Source: Bradyrhizobium sp.
GTDB lineage: Bacteria > Pseudomonadota > Alphaproteobacteria > Rhizobiales > Xanthobacteraceae
DNA length: 53,265 bases
Direction: 5' to 3'
NCBI GenBank assembly: GCA_036383375.1
Contig: DASVOL010000494.1
Location: forward strand, 1-53,265
The stretch's first letter is position 1, and every line of letters starts with the position of its first letter. Below are positions 9,303-24,936 of the stretch, one piece after another. The notes under the pieces were generated by a model that was not told where the DNA came from, made no database searches, and was given only the letters and a program-made list of their open reading frames with translations. A program made the position numbers and the translations under genes.

Positions 9303-11372
9303 TCAGCGCCACATGCCGCGCATCCTGGCGCCGATATCGATCGGTGGCGCGCGGTTGGCGGTCGAGGCTTGCGCCGGAGCGGCTCGCGGCCAGCTGGTCC
9401 GCTCGAACGCCGGCAGCAGCGGTTGCGGGATGAAGCGCGTACGCGAGGCGTACATGTGGCGGTCGCCCTTGGCGGCCTGGCCGTGGACGAAAAAGCGCTG
9501 CGGCACCATCAGATGCAGATCGTCCTTGGCGCGGGTCATCGCGACATAGAGCAGGCGGCGCTCCTCCTCGAGCTCGGCTGACGTGCCGGCGCCGAGATCG
9601 GAGGGCATGCAGCCGTCGACGACGTTGAGCACGTAGACCGATTTCCATTCCTGCCCCTTGGCGGAGTGGATGGTCGACAGGATCAGATAATCCTCGTCGA
9701 GCAGCGGCACGCCGGCCTGGTCGCTGGTCGCGTCGGGCGGATCGAGCGTGAGTTCGGTGAGGAAGCGTTCGCGCGACGGATAGCCGGCTGCGATCTGCTC
9801 GAGCTGAATGAGGTCGGCGCGGCGGACCTCGCTGTCCTCGTGGATGCGATCGAGATGCGGCTCGTACCAGAGACGCGCGCGCTCGATGTCGACCGGCCAT
9901 TCCGAGTAGCGGAGGTTCTCGATCGCCTCGACGAACAGCCGCCAGTCGGCGCCGGCACGGGGCGGGGCAGGCAGCGCAACGAGCGCCGCGATCGGATCGG
10001 CGGCTTCTGCCATGCGGTCGAGCACGCGCTGCGCCGAGGCGGGCCCGACGCCGGGCAACAGATGCAGGATGCGAAAGCCGGCGACCCGGTCGCGCGGATT
10101 GGCGGTGAAGCGCAGCAGCGCCAGCATGTCCTTGACGTGCGCGGCGTCGAGGAATTTGAGGCCGCCGAATTTCACGAACGGAATGTTGCGGCGGGTCAGC
10201 TCGACCTCCAGCGGTCCGCTGTGCGAGGAGGTGCGGAACAACACCGCCTGATGCTTCAACAGCGCGCCTTCCTCACGGTTGGCCAGCACCTGCTCGACGA
10301 TGTAGCGGGCCTGATCGGCTTCGTCGCGGATCGTGACCAGCAGCGGCTTGCGGGTCGAGGTCCGGTCGGTCCACAGGTTCTTGGTGAAGCGTTCCTTGGC
10401 GAGCGAGATCACGCCATTGGCGGCCGCCAGGATCGGCTGTGTCGAGCGATAGTTGCGGTCGAGCGTGACGATCTCGGCAGCCGGGCTGAACTGCGCCGGG
10501 AAGTCGAGGATGTTGCGCACCGTGGCGGCACGGAACGAGTAGATCGACTGCGCGTCGTCGCCGACGACGGTGAGCCCGCGTCCCGCCGGCTTGAGCGCGA
10601 GCAGGATGGAGGACTGCAGGCGGTTGGTGTCCTGATATTCGTCGACCATCACGTGGTCGAAGCGGCCGCCGATCTCCTCTGCCAGCGCGGTATCCGTCAC
10701 CATCTGCGCCCAGTAGAGCAGGAGGTCGTCGTAATCGAGTACGTTCTGCCGCTGCTTGGCTTCGACGTAGGCCGCGAACAGTTGTTTCAACTCGTTGGCC
10801 CAGCCGGCGCACCACGGGAAGAACTGGCCCAGCACGGCCTCGATCGGCATCTCCGCGTTGACGCAGCGCGAATAGATCGCAAGGCAGGTGCCTTTGGTCG
10901 GAAACCGGCTTTCGGTGCGGGAGAAACCGAGATCGTGGCGGACCAGGTTGATCAGGTCGGCGGAGTCCTCACGATCATGGATCGTGAACGCCGGGTCGAG
11001 GGCGATACGTTCGGCGAATTCGCGGAGCAGCCGAGCGCCGATGCCGTGGAAGGTACCGGCCCAGCTCAGCGCATCGGTCATGATCGAGGCGCGATCGCCG
11101 AGCACGCGCCGCGCGATGCGCTCGACGCGGCCGGCCATCTCGGCGGCGGCGCGCCGCGAAAAGGTCATCAACAGGATTCGGCGCGGATCGGCGCCGGCGA
11201 CGATCAGATGCGCGACGCGATGGGCAAGCGTGTTGGTCTTGCCGGAGCCCGCGCCCGCGATCACCAGCAGCGGAGCGCCGACGATGCCATCCGCGCCGAC
11301 CCCGTGCTCGACGGCGCGGCGCTGCTCGGAATTGAGCGCATCGAGATAGGCTGTGTTGGCAAGATCAGGCAC
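9303..11372 (-). CDS. SF1 ATP-dependent DNA helicase, UvrD/Rep/PcrA family
   Basis: AGAGSGKT, VDEYQD, VGDDAQSIYSFR, NYRS, STIHSAKGQEW, EERRLLYVAMTRAK. Confidence 0.93.
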   Translation of the reverse strand: MPDLANTAYLDALNSEQRRAVEHGVGADGIVGAPLLVIAGAGSGKTNTLAHRVAHLIVAGADPRRILLMTFSRRAAAEMAGRVERIARRVLGDRASIMTDALSWAGTFHGIGARLLREFAERIALDPAFTIHDREDSADLINLVRHDLGFSRTESRFPTKGTCLAIYSRCVNAEMPIEAVLGQFFPWCAGWANELKQLFAAYVEAKQRQNVLDYDDLLLYWAQMVTDTALAEEIGGRFDHVMVDEYQDTNRLQSSILLALKPAGRGLTVVGDDAQSIYSFRAATVRNILDFPAQFSPAAEIVTLDRNYRSTQPILAAANGVISLAKERFTKNLWTDRTSTRKPLLVTIRDEADQARYIVEQVLANREEGALLKHQAVLFRTSSHSGPLEVELTRRNIPFVKFGGLKFLDAAHVKDMLALLRFTANPRDRVAGFRILHLLPGVGPASAQRVLDRMAEAADPIAALVALPAPPRAGADWRLFVEAIENLRYSEWPVDIERARLWYEPHLDRIHEDSEVRRADLIQLEQIAAGYPSRERFLTELTLDPPDATSDQAGVPLLDEDYLILSTIHSAKGQEWKSVYVLNVVDGCMPSDLGAGTSAELEEERRLLYVAMTRAKDDLHLMVPQRFFVHGQAAKGDRHMYASRTRFIPQPLLPAFERTSWPRAAPAQASTANRAPPIDIGARMRGMWR

Positions 11373-11483
11373 GAATCACCCCCACGAAACGCTAACAGAC
11401 ATTGCGATTCCGTGGAGCCGGCGCACCGGCGTGAGAGCAAGAAATTAGATTGACATTAACGCGCCGCGGAGCACAACCGCGCC

Positions 11484-11741
11484 ATGGCTGACGTTTCCAA
11501 ATCCGACACGCCGCTGAAGGCGACATTCAGAGTGCGACTGAACGGCGAGACGGTGACGCTCGCGACCGTCGGCCAGGCCTACCGCTTCATCAGCAATCTC
11601 AGCGCCGTCGAATGGATGGAGTTCCGCTCGTTGCATGACGATGCGCTGGTCGCGCTGGAACGCGCGGCCGGTAACGCCATGCTGACGGTGCAGGCAACCT
11701 CCGCGCTGCGGATGCTGTTCGTCCGCGCCAAATTGCTTTGA
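11484..11741 (+). CDS. Small hypothetical protein (DUF982-like, tentative)
   Basis: 85 aa, GGAG RBS, host-like codon usage; TLATVGQA motif shared with neighbour. Confidence 0.6.
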   Translation: MADVSKSDTPLKATFRVRLNGETVTLATVGQAYRFISNLSAVEWMEFRSLHDDALVALERAAGNAMLTVQATSALRMLFVRAKLL

Positions 11742-11902
11742 AAAGAAATGGGCCGCCTTGGCCCTCCGAAGGCGGCCCGAGAGTGCGGCCGAAGCGCATT
11801 GCGCCCCCGGCCGTCGCGTGTACCGCCGTTACCTTGTTTGCGGCCATAACGAACGGGCCTTACGAAAGGCGCGCCGATTCGGCTGTAGCGGCAACACCAC
11901 AA

Positions 11903-12157
11903 TCAGTGGCCGGCGTCGTCGACGAGGCGGTCATACACAAGGGCAGAGCGCAGGTTCATCGTTGCGATCCTCAGATAGCTGGGCTCGCGCATCGCGTTGT
12001 TGAACATCATGATCGCCGTCTTCCAGTAACCGCGCTCGCGCTGATCCGCGCTCAGTGCTGACAGGTAATCCGCCGCGTCGCCAACGGTTGCGAGTGTGCG
12101 CCCGTCCTTCAGCGTGATCGGGAACGCAAGCGGCGACCGCTTCTCAAGCTCCAGCAC
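11903..12157 (-). CDS. Small hypothetical protein
   Basis: PITLKDGRTLATVGDAADYL; GTG start after GGGGAG (alternative 12172). Confidence 0.6.
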   Translation of the reverse strand: MLELEKRSPLAFPITLKDGRTLATVGDAADYLSALSADQRERGYWKTAIMMFNNAMREPSYLRIATMNLRSALVYDRLVDDAGH

Positions 12158-12259
12158 GAAAGGCTCCCCCAAAAGGCAAACAGCAATAACAGAACAGACC
12201 TAGCTGCGCCGCTATATCAAAGCCTTAAGGGAGTGTCCGGCTCGGCCAAGGTGGGCGGT

Positions 12260-12460
12260 TCAGAACGAATCCGCCAGCGCGATCTCCGCCCGGAGGGCAT
12301 CGATGCGCCGCTCAGCTTCCTCCGACGTCAGGTCGCGCGCGTACTGGTTCGGCTGATAGGCCTCCTCGGCCAGGGTCCGCAACCGCAGCGCCTGGGCCCG
12401 CGACATCAGCCCGCCAAGCCGCTCCGCAACCCCGCCAAATCTCACCGCTGCCATGCTCAT
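12260..12460 (-). CDS. DUF3072-like small protein
   Basis: MSRAQALRLRTLAEEA...DLTSEEAERRIDAL resembles the DUF3072 pattern; GAGG RBS. Confidence 0.6.
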   Translation of the reverse strand: MSMAAVRFGGVAERLGGLMSRAQALRLRTLAEEAYQPNQYARDLTSEEAERRIDALRAEIALADSF

Positions 12461-12487
12461 CGCTCACCTCACTTGCCGGATCGTGAC

Positions 12488-12517
12488 TTGACAATATGTT
12501 CTATTTTTGTTCTAACA
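12488..12517 (+). promoter_or_regulatory. Sigma70 promoter overlapped by an alphaproteobacterial LexA (SOS) box
   Basis: TTGACA at 12488-12493; GTTC-TATTTTT-GTTC (GTTC-N7-GTTC) at 12498-12512. Confidence 0.78.
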
Positions 12518-12521
12518 AGCC

Positions 12522-12842
12522 ATGGACAACAAGATCAATGAAATTCGTCGCAGGATCAGCACTTTGCGGGCTGAGATGACCTTGGTCGAGGCGTCGATCC
12601 GAGATCAGGTCAACCGCGATCTGGATTGCAGCGAAGCGTCCTACCGGCTGATGGCGATGCGCGCCGAAGTGGCCGAGCTCGTCGGCCGCTGGAAGGCCGC
12701 CGGCGGCGGCGAGCGCCTCCCCACGGTTCGAGAGCGGCTGAGCCGAAGCTTCGCGGATAGGCCGGTCGCAGCGGCCAAGCCGGCCCCCGCCAAATCGGAC
12801 AAGGCCAAGCCGAAGCCGGGCCACAGTAACGCGCGGGTTTGA
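12522..12842 (+). CDS. Hypothetical coiled-coil protein, probably SOS-inducible
   Basis: 106 aa, helical N-terminus, Lys/Pro/Ala-rich tail; directly after the LexA box; hairpin CCGCCCG-AA-CGGGCGG follows the stop. Confidence 0.7.
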   Translation: MDNKINEIRRRISTLRAEMTLVEASIRDQVNRDLDCSEASYRLMAMRAEVAELVGRWKAAGGGERLPTVRERLSRSFADRPVAAAKPAPAKSDKAKPKPGHSNARV

Positions 12843-12890
12843 CCGACCCGCCCGAACGGGCGGCTCGAAGCCAAATCTGGTTTCGAAGCG

Positions 12891-12915
12891 GGAACCCTAG
12901 CCACGAGTGGGCATT
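12891..12915 (+). promoter_or_regulatory. Possible sigma-EcfG promoter GGAAC-N16-CATT
   Basis: One mismatch to GGAAC-N16-CGTT, upstream of 12993 ORF. Confidence 0.4.
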
Positions 12916-12992
12916 TTCTTGTGGTGAGAGCCAACACCATAGCATCGCCCAGTGCCATGATCGCCGATCCGACCGCGCCACCGCGGGCATCG

Positions 12993-13175
12993 ATGAATGA
13001 CGATCGCAGTCCGCTGCTGACGCTGATCTCCTGCATCAGCTGCATCAGGACGATGCGGCTTGAGAGCAGCTCTCCGGGCAGCGAGGGCAAGGACATCCTT
13101 CAATACCGCTGCGAACAATGCAGCCGGATCGAACGGGTGCAATTGGTGCGGCGAACCTGGCCGACGGACCGCTGA
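12993..13175 (+). CDS. Small CxxC...CxxC (zinc-ribbon-like) protein
   Basis: CISCIRTMRL...YRCEQC; start uncertain (12921-12993). Confidence 0.55.
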   Translation: MNDDRSPLLTLISCISCIRTMRLESSSPGSEGKDILQYRCEQCSRIERVQLVRRTWPTDR

Positions 13176-13347
13176 TCCCTCAAGAACGTTTGCACGTCAT
13201 CAGGCGTGTAGCCCCCGATGCGCCCGGCGGCCTTGTCCCCGTTTGGCGGCACGCATCCCGGGCCACGCCGATCGGTTGCATTTGATCGTTATGCCCTCCC
13301 AATCCGAGCAGCCTATCCGGACCAGGCAAAGAGTTGCCATGCCGGTT

Positions 13348-13372
13348 GGAACTTTTGGTTCCATCGGCGATT
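13348..13372 (+). promoter_or_regulatory. Possible sigma-EcfG promoter GGAAC-N16-GATT
   Basis: Near-consensus motif ~135 nt upstream of the hybrid kinase; overlaps palindrome GGAACTTTTGGTTCC. Confidence 0.35.
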
Positions 13373-13505
13373 AAGCTACTCGGTTTGCGTCACAAATCGC
13401 GGTTTTGGCGTTTTCCCGCTTGAATCAATCAAGGGCAGTCATTCTTATGGTCACACTGGCTTCTCCGAGTCCCTGGATTCGTAGCCAGCGCGTAGGGGAA
13501 ATTCC

Positions 13506-19790
<6,285 letters not shown>

Positions 19791-19803
19791 TCGGCGATCG
19801 AAT

Positions 19804-21300
19804 ATGATGGACCATGAAAAGGTAAACATCCTTCTGGTCGATGACCAGCCGGCCAAGCTGCTGGCTTATGAGGTCATCCTGAAAGAGCTCGGTGAAACGC
19901 TGGTCGTCGCCTCGTCGGGCCGCGAGGCGCTTGAGTTCCTGCTCAAGAACGAGGTCGCGGTCATCCTGGTAGACGTCTGCATGCCCGAGCTCGACGGCTT
20001 CGAGCTCGCAGCAATGATCCGCGAACATCCGCGCTTTCAAAAGACTGCGATGATCTTTATCTCGGCAATCCAGGTCAGCGACATCGACCGGCTGCGCGGC
20101 TATGAGATGGGCGCGGTGGATTACGTGCCGGTGCCGGTCGTGCCGGAAGTGTTGCGCGCAAAGATCCGCGTGTTCGCCGAGCTCTACCGCAAGACGCGGC
20201 AACTCGAACGCCTCAATGCCGAGCTCGAGGACCGGGTGCGGGCGCGCACCGCCGAGCTCGAGCAGTCGACCACCCGGCTGGTCGAGAGCGAAGCGCGTCG
20301 CAGCATGGCGATTGCCGCGGGCAAGATGGGCTCGTGGGATTGGGATTGGGGCAACGGCGACTGGATGTGGGACGAGGGGCAATACAAGATCTTCGGCGTC
20401 GATCCCAAGTCCTTCGCACTGACCTCCGACAATATCCAGGCGCTGTTTCATCCCGACGATGTCGAACAACTCCGGCAGGGCTGGACCGGTTTCGGCAACG
20501 GCCACACCTCCTATGAGGCCGAATTCCGCGTCGTGCGGCCGGACGGCGAGATCCGCTGGTGCGTCGGCACGGCCGCGGCCACCAGCGACAGGAACGGCAA
20601 GGTGGTGCGGGTCAGCGGCGTCACCATCGACATCACCGATCGCAAGAAGGCCGAGGAGCGGCAGAGCCTGTTGACCCGCGAGGTCGACCATCGCGCCAAG
20701 AACGCGCTCGCGCTGGCGCAGTCGATCGTGCGTCTGACGCGCGCGCACAACGTGACCGCCTATGTGCGAGCGGTCGAGGGCCGCATCACGGCGCTGGCGC
20801 GGGTTCACACCGTGCTGTCGCTGTCGAGCTGGCAGGGCGCCGAGATCCGGCGGCTGGTGACCGAGGAGATCGCGCCTTATTCCGAGGCCGGGCAGATTCA
20901 GATCGCGGGCGGAGAGGTGCAGTTGCAGCCCGCGACTGCGCAGACGCTGGCACTGGCGCTGCACGAGCTCGTCACCAACTCGGCCAAATATGGCAGCCTG
21001 TCGGTGTTGCCGGGCCGGCTCGCGATCACCTGGGAGGTGGCGGACGACACGCTGATCCTGGCCTGGGTGGAATCCGGCGGGCCTCCGGTGACCAAGCCGA
21101 AGCAGAAGGGCTTCGGCACACGAAGTGTCATCGCCAGCATCGAGACTCAACTCGGCGGACGGGCCGACTTCGATTGGCGTGCCGAGGGCCTGATCTGCCG
21201 GCTCACGGTTCCCCTCAAGCCGCTTGTTGGAGACACGCCGGCGTTCCGCGACCCGACGACGGCCGAGCGCAAGCCCATGGTCCGTTCCAGGGCCGTGTAG
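19804..21300 (+). CDS. REC-PAS-HWE histidine kinase
   Basis: ILLVDD/DVCMP receiver, PAS/PAC (HPDD, RPDGEIRW, DITDRK), EVDHRAKN, HELVTNSAKYG, WVESGGP, GFG. Confidence 0.9.
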   Translation: MMDHEKVNILLVDDQPAKLLAYEVILKELGETLVVASSGREALEFLLKNEVAVILVDVCMPELDGFELAAMIREHPRFQKTAMIFISAIQVSDIDRLRGYEMGAVDYVPVPVVPEVLRAKIRVFAELYRKTRQLERLNAELEDRVRARTAELEQSTTRLVESEARRSMAIAAGKMGSWDWDWGNGDWMWDEGQYKIFGVDPKSFALTSDNIQALFHPDDVEQLRQGWTGFGNGHTSYEAEFRVVRPDGEIRWCVGTAAATSDRNGKVVRVSGVTIDITDRKKAEERQSLLTREVDHRAKNALALAQSIVRLTRAHNVTAYVRAVEGRITALARVHTVLSLSSWQGAEIRRLVTEEIAPYSEAGQIQIAGGEVQLQPATAQTLALALHELVTNSAKYGSLSVLPGRLAITWEVADDTLILAWVESGGPPVTKPKQKGFGTRSVIASIETQLGGRADFDWRAEGLICRLTVPLKPLVGDTPAFRDPTTAERKPMVRSRAV

Positions 21301-21414
21301 TGCATCCTACGGCACCTCCCAATGGACCTTGATGCAGACGAGATTGTGAACGCAGCCTGCGCGCGAACTGCGCTATGAGCTGCGCGTCTGACCGGGGCCT
21401 CGCGTGAGGAGCAA

Positions 21415-22758
21415 ATGCGTAAGACAAGTCTTGCCGGCGCCTGCATGTCCGCCGTCATCCTCGCAGCGACCGGCATCGCGCGGTCGGGCGCTGAACCCGT
21501 ACTGAAAGGCGCGGAGGCGTTCGGCGACTGGCAGCGCGATAGGCCAGGCACGATGCGCCTGATCACGCCGCAGGACTTGCCCAAGCCGGGCGCAACCGCC
21601 TCCAGCAGCAATTCGTCCCGCGTCGTGTCGCGCCCCGCATCGGCGGTGCCGCAGGTGCCGGCGGGGTTCAAGGTCGAGCTGTTTGCGAGCGGGCTGAGCG
21701 GTCCGCGCATTATCCGGACCGCGCCCAACGGCGATATCTTCGTCGTGGAAACCAGCTCCGGCCGCATCCGTGTCCTGCGCAGCGCCGACGGCGGCACCAG
21801 GCCGGCGACCAATGAGGTCTACGCATCCGGACTGAACCGGCCGTTCGGCATCGCGTTCTTTCCGAACGGTGACAATCCGCAATGGCTCTACGTCGCCAAC
21901 ACCGACAGCGTCGTGCGCTTTGCCTACCGCAACGGCGATCTCAAGGCGTCGGGAAAGCCTAAGAGCATCGTCGCAAACCTTCCGCACGGCTACGGCCACT
22001 CGACGCGCGACATCGTGTTCACGCCGGACGGCAAACGGATGCTGGTGTCGGTCGGCTCCGCCGGCAACGCGGGCGAGGGCCTCGGCCGGCCGCCGGAAGG
22101 TATCGAGAGCTGGAGCCGCGACCACGCGCTCGGCGCGGCCTGGGGATCGGAAACCGACCGCGCGGCCGTGCTGGCCTTCGATCCCGACGGCAAGAATCAG
22201 AAGCTGTTCGCCACGGGCATCCGCAACTGCGTCGGACTGGCGATCCAGCCTGGAAGCGGCACGCCCTGGTGCTCGACCAACGAGCGCGACGGCCGCGGCG
22301 ACAACCTCGTGCCCGATTATGTGACGCGTATCCGCGAGGGCGCGTTCTACGGCTGGCCCTGGTACTATATCGGCGCCAACGAAGACCCGGCGCATACCGG
22401 CGCGCGGCCCGATCTCAAGGACAAGGTCACGATTCCCGACGTGCTGTTGCAGGCGCACTCGGCCTCACTGGGCATCACCTTCTACACCGGCAGCAGTTTT
22501 CCGGCCGAATATCGCGACGATGCGTTCGCAGCCGAACACGGCTCGTGGAACCGCGCGAAGCGCACCGGGTACAAGGTCATTCGCATCAGGCTGAAGGACG
22601 GCGTGCCGACCGGCGAGTACGAGGATTTCGTCACCGGCTTCGTCATCGCCGACAATGAGGTCTGGGGCCGTCCGGTGGGTGTGACCGTGGCGCGGGATGG
22701 CGCGCTGCTGGTCTCCGAGGACGGCAACGGCACGATCTGGCGCGTCAGCCACGACTAG
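21415..22758 (+). CDS. Periplasmic glucose/sorbosone dehydrogenase family (PQQ-type beta-propeller)
   Basis: Signal peptide, GLNRPFGIAF, GIRNCVG, NERD, GAFYGWP, HGSWNR, GRPVGV. Confidence 0.88.
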   Translation: MRKTSLAGACMSAVILAATGIARSGAEPVLKGAEAFGDWQRDRPGTMRLITPQDLPKPGATASSSNSSRVVSRPASAVPQVPAGFKVELFASGLSGPRIIRTAPNGDIFVVETSSGRIRVLRSADGGTRPATNEVYASGLNRPFGIAFFPNGDNPQWLYVANTDSVVRFAYRNGDLKASGKPKSIVANLPHGYGHSTRDIVFTPDGKRMLVSVGSAGNAGEGLGRPPEGIESWSRDHALGAAWGSETDRAAVLAFDPDGKNQKLFATGIRNCVGLAIQPGSGTPWCSTNERDGRGDNLVPDYVTRIREGAFYGWPWYYIGANEDPAHTGARPDLKDKVTIPDVLLQAHSASLGITFYTGSSFPAEYRDDAFAAEHGSWNRAKRTGYKVIRIRLKDGVPTGEYEDFVTGFVIADNEVWGRPVGVTVARDGALLVSEDGNGTIWRVSHD

Positions 22759-22776
22759 CCGTTTGGTTGGCGGCGG

Positions 22777-23034
22777 CTAGCCCAGCCCATCCTTGAGGCC
22801 GTATTCCTCGTAGATGGTGAGGGGATCGGTATCGGGAAACAACCGGCACTTGGCTTGCGCAAGATGCAGCGTGACCGCTCCGGCCTCACATCTCGCAGTC
22901 AGGATCTTCCGGACATCCTCCATATGGGCGCGCGGCTGATGCTTCGACGGCAACTGCTCGAGCGCGACCAGCGCGGTGGCCAGAGCTTCCGTGACCGCCC
23001 ATTCGTCATGTCCGGTAATTCCCTTTCGCGGCAT
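22777..23034 (-). CDS. Hypothetical protein
   Basis: 85 aa, GGAGGG RBS before ATG, fills the gap between genes. Confidence 0.6.
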   Translation of the reverse strand: MPRKGITGHDEWAVTEALATALVALEQLPSKHQPRAHMEDVRKILTARCEAGAVTLHLAQAKCRLFPDTDPLTIYEEYGLKDGLG

Positions 23035-23232
23035 CACCACACCCTCCGTCACACCGGCTGCGACATTGTAGCGCGAGAAGGGTGGGGGCTGTCATCAGCC
23101 AACATGGCCAGGGCGGCCAGGAACCGGTTGGCGCGGCCTGCCACGATGCGCCGCAGGGAACCAGCGTGGCAGCGCGCGCAGGCAATGCTTACAACGATGG
23201 TTGCATCCCGCTTCACCAAATCAGCCCGCCCG

Positions 23233-24051
23233 ATGTTCGACCCCTATCTCTCGGCCTGGAGCCTCGTCCCTGACGGTGATCCGATCGTGACGCATGCCGC
23301 ACGGTTGCTGCCGGTGCGGCAGCTCGGCGAACCGGCAATGCTCAAGCTCTCGCACGAGCCGGACGAACGCCTCGGCGCCATCGTCATGGAATGGTGGGAC
23401 GGCGACGGTGCGGCGCGCGTCCTTGCCCGTGACGGCGAGGCGCTGCTGCTCGAGCGGGCGATGGGCTCGGCTTCGCTCAGCGACATCGCGCGAACCGGTC
23501 GGGACGATGAGGCCTGCAGAATTCTCTGTGCAACAGCCGATCGGCTCCACACCCGGCGGGCGAAACCGCGGCCGGACCTGACGCCGCTGAAGGACTGGTT
23601 TCGCGAACTGTGGCCGGCGGCGAGGGCGCATGGCGGCATCCTGAACCGATCGGCTGCCGTCGCCGAAGCGCTGCTCGGCGATGTCAGCGAGATCGTGGTG
23701 CTGCATGGCGATCTGCACCATGACAATGTGCTCGACTTCGGTGCGCGCGGCTGGCTCGCGATCGATCCCAAGCATCTCGTCGGCGAACGTGGCTTCGACT
23801 TCGCCAATATCTTCACCAATCCGGATCTTGCCGATCCGGCACGGCCGGTCGCGACCGAACCCGGACGTTTTGCGCGGCGTCTCGACATCGTCGTGGAAGC
23901 AGCAAAGCTGGATCGCCTGCGCTTGCTGTCATGGATCGTCGCCTGGACCGGCTTGTCGGCAGCATGGTTCCTCGGCGATGACGATCCGCTCGCCGAAATC
24001 GACCTGCAGATCGCAAACCTTGCCGCGGCCGAGCTCGACCGGATGGCGTAG
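23233..24051 (+). CDS. APH(6)-family aminoglycoside/hydroxyurea phosphotransferase (APH(6)-Ic-like)
   Basis: WWDGDGAARV, LHGDLHHDNVLDFG, WLAIDP, FDFANIFTNPDL; closely recalls Tn5 Str. Confidence 0.88.
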   Translation: MFDPYLSAWSLVPDGDPIVTHAARLLPVRQLGEPAMLKLSHEPDERLGAIVMEWWDGDGAARVLARDGEALLLERAMGSASLSDIARTGRDDEACRILCATADRLHTRRAKPRPDLTPLKDWFRELWPAARAHGGILNRSAAVAEALLGDVSEIVVLHGDLHHDNVLDFGARGWLAIDPKHLVGERGFDFANIFTNPDLADPARPVATEPGRFARRLDIVVEAAKLDRLRLLSWIVAWTGLSAAWFLGDDDPLAEIDLQIANLAAAELDRMA

Positions 24052-24063
24052 CGCGCGCAGCGA

Positions 24064-24231
24064 CTACGCTGCCGCGGCGCTGGCTCCGCTCAGCGACACG
24101 CTCAAGATCCGCCATTTCGATATGTCGAAGAAGTAGGCGGCCTTGATACGCGCGGATGCGGGATCCGGCGCCTGAATCGCCGTGTGGAATTTCCGCTCCC
24201 CATCGCTCAGCGAAATCCGGAATGTCTGCAT
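24064..24231 (-). CDS. Small hypothetical protein
   Basis: 55 aa ORF with GGAGG RBS in an intergenic gap. Confidence 0.45.
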   Translation of the reverse strand: MQTFRISLSDGERKFHTAIQAPDPASARIKAAYFFDISKWRILSVSLSGASAAAA

Positions 24232-24316
24232 TGGTCGAACCTCCACGCACGAATGCTGCGGCAGGGAGGGTTAAGATCCGGTTGCTGACGGCGATCCTGC
24301 GTGACGCACGCGCGTC

Positions 24317-24787
24317 TCACGCGCCGCCGTTCTCATGTGAAGCCTGCGGCAGCCGCACCATCGTGTCTTCTGCGCCGACGACGCGTCCGTCCTGCGCTCT
24401 CAGCTCGAGCCGGCGCACCGGCAGTCCATTCTTTCGGTCGACCAGCAGCACATGCGCCTCGTCGGGCTCGAAGAAGAAATCCTCACCCCACTGCCGGAGC
24501 GCGACAAGGAGCGGGAATAGCCCGCGTCCCTTTTCGGTCAGCACATATTCCTGATACGAGCTGCCGTCGGCTGCAGGCACGGTTTCCATGATTCCGTGCG
24601 CCAGCAGATTGCGCAGCCGGGCGGAGAGGATGTTCTTGGCGAGCCCGAGGCTCTTCTGAAATTCGCCGAACCGGCGCAGCCCGTCGAATGCGTCGCGGAT
24701 GATCAACAGCGACCACCAATCGCCGATCGCATCCAGCGGCCGGGCCACGCCGCACATAGAGTCCCTGTGGCTCACGCGCTTGGCCAT
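24317..24787 (-). CDS. HxlR-family winged-helix transcriptional regulator
   Basis: CGVARPLDAIGDWWSLLIIRD, RRFGEFQ, EYVLTEKG, LRQWGE. Confidence 0.9.
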   Translation of the reverse strand: MAKRVSHRDSMCGVARPLDAIGDWWSLLIIRDAFDGLRRFGEFQKSLGLAKNILSARLRNLLAHGIMETVPAADGSSYQEYVLTEKGRGLFPLLVALRQWGEDFFFEPDEAHVLLVDRKNGLPVRRLELRAQDGRVVGAEDTMVRLPQASHENGGA

Positions 24788-24872
24788 CGTGGTCCGCCTG
24801 ACGCTCCTCATTCCACATTCTGAATCGGTGGCGCGGTCCCGAAAGACCGCCCAAGTCGGAGTTCGATATATC

Positions 24873-24922
24873 GGTTGCAAAGTAAAACCTCAAGCGCTAC
24901 AGGATGGTTTCAAGTTGAAACC
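24873..24922. promoter_or_regulatory. Tandem 17-bp palindromic operators
   Basis: GGTTTCAAGTTGAAACC (24906-24922, perfect) and GGTTGCAAAGTAAAACC (24873-24889) between divergent genes. Confidence 0.65.
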
Positions 24923-24936
24923 ACTCGAGGCCAGCC

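Noticed and set aside
13420-13432. TTGAATCAATCAA as an FNR/FixK box
   Set aside because: 13 bp; spacing is one base short of TTGAT-N4-ATCAA.
21364-21388. CGAAC-N16-CGTC as an EcfG promoter for the dehydrogenase
   Set aside because: Mismatches in both elements; too weak to call.
22855-24051. APH(6) gene as part of a Tn5-like transposon
   Set aside because: No IS50, neo, ble or terminal repeats seen; upstream ORF extension overlaps another gene.
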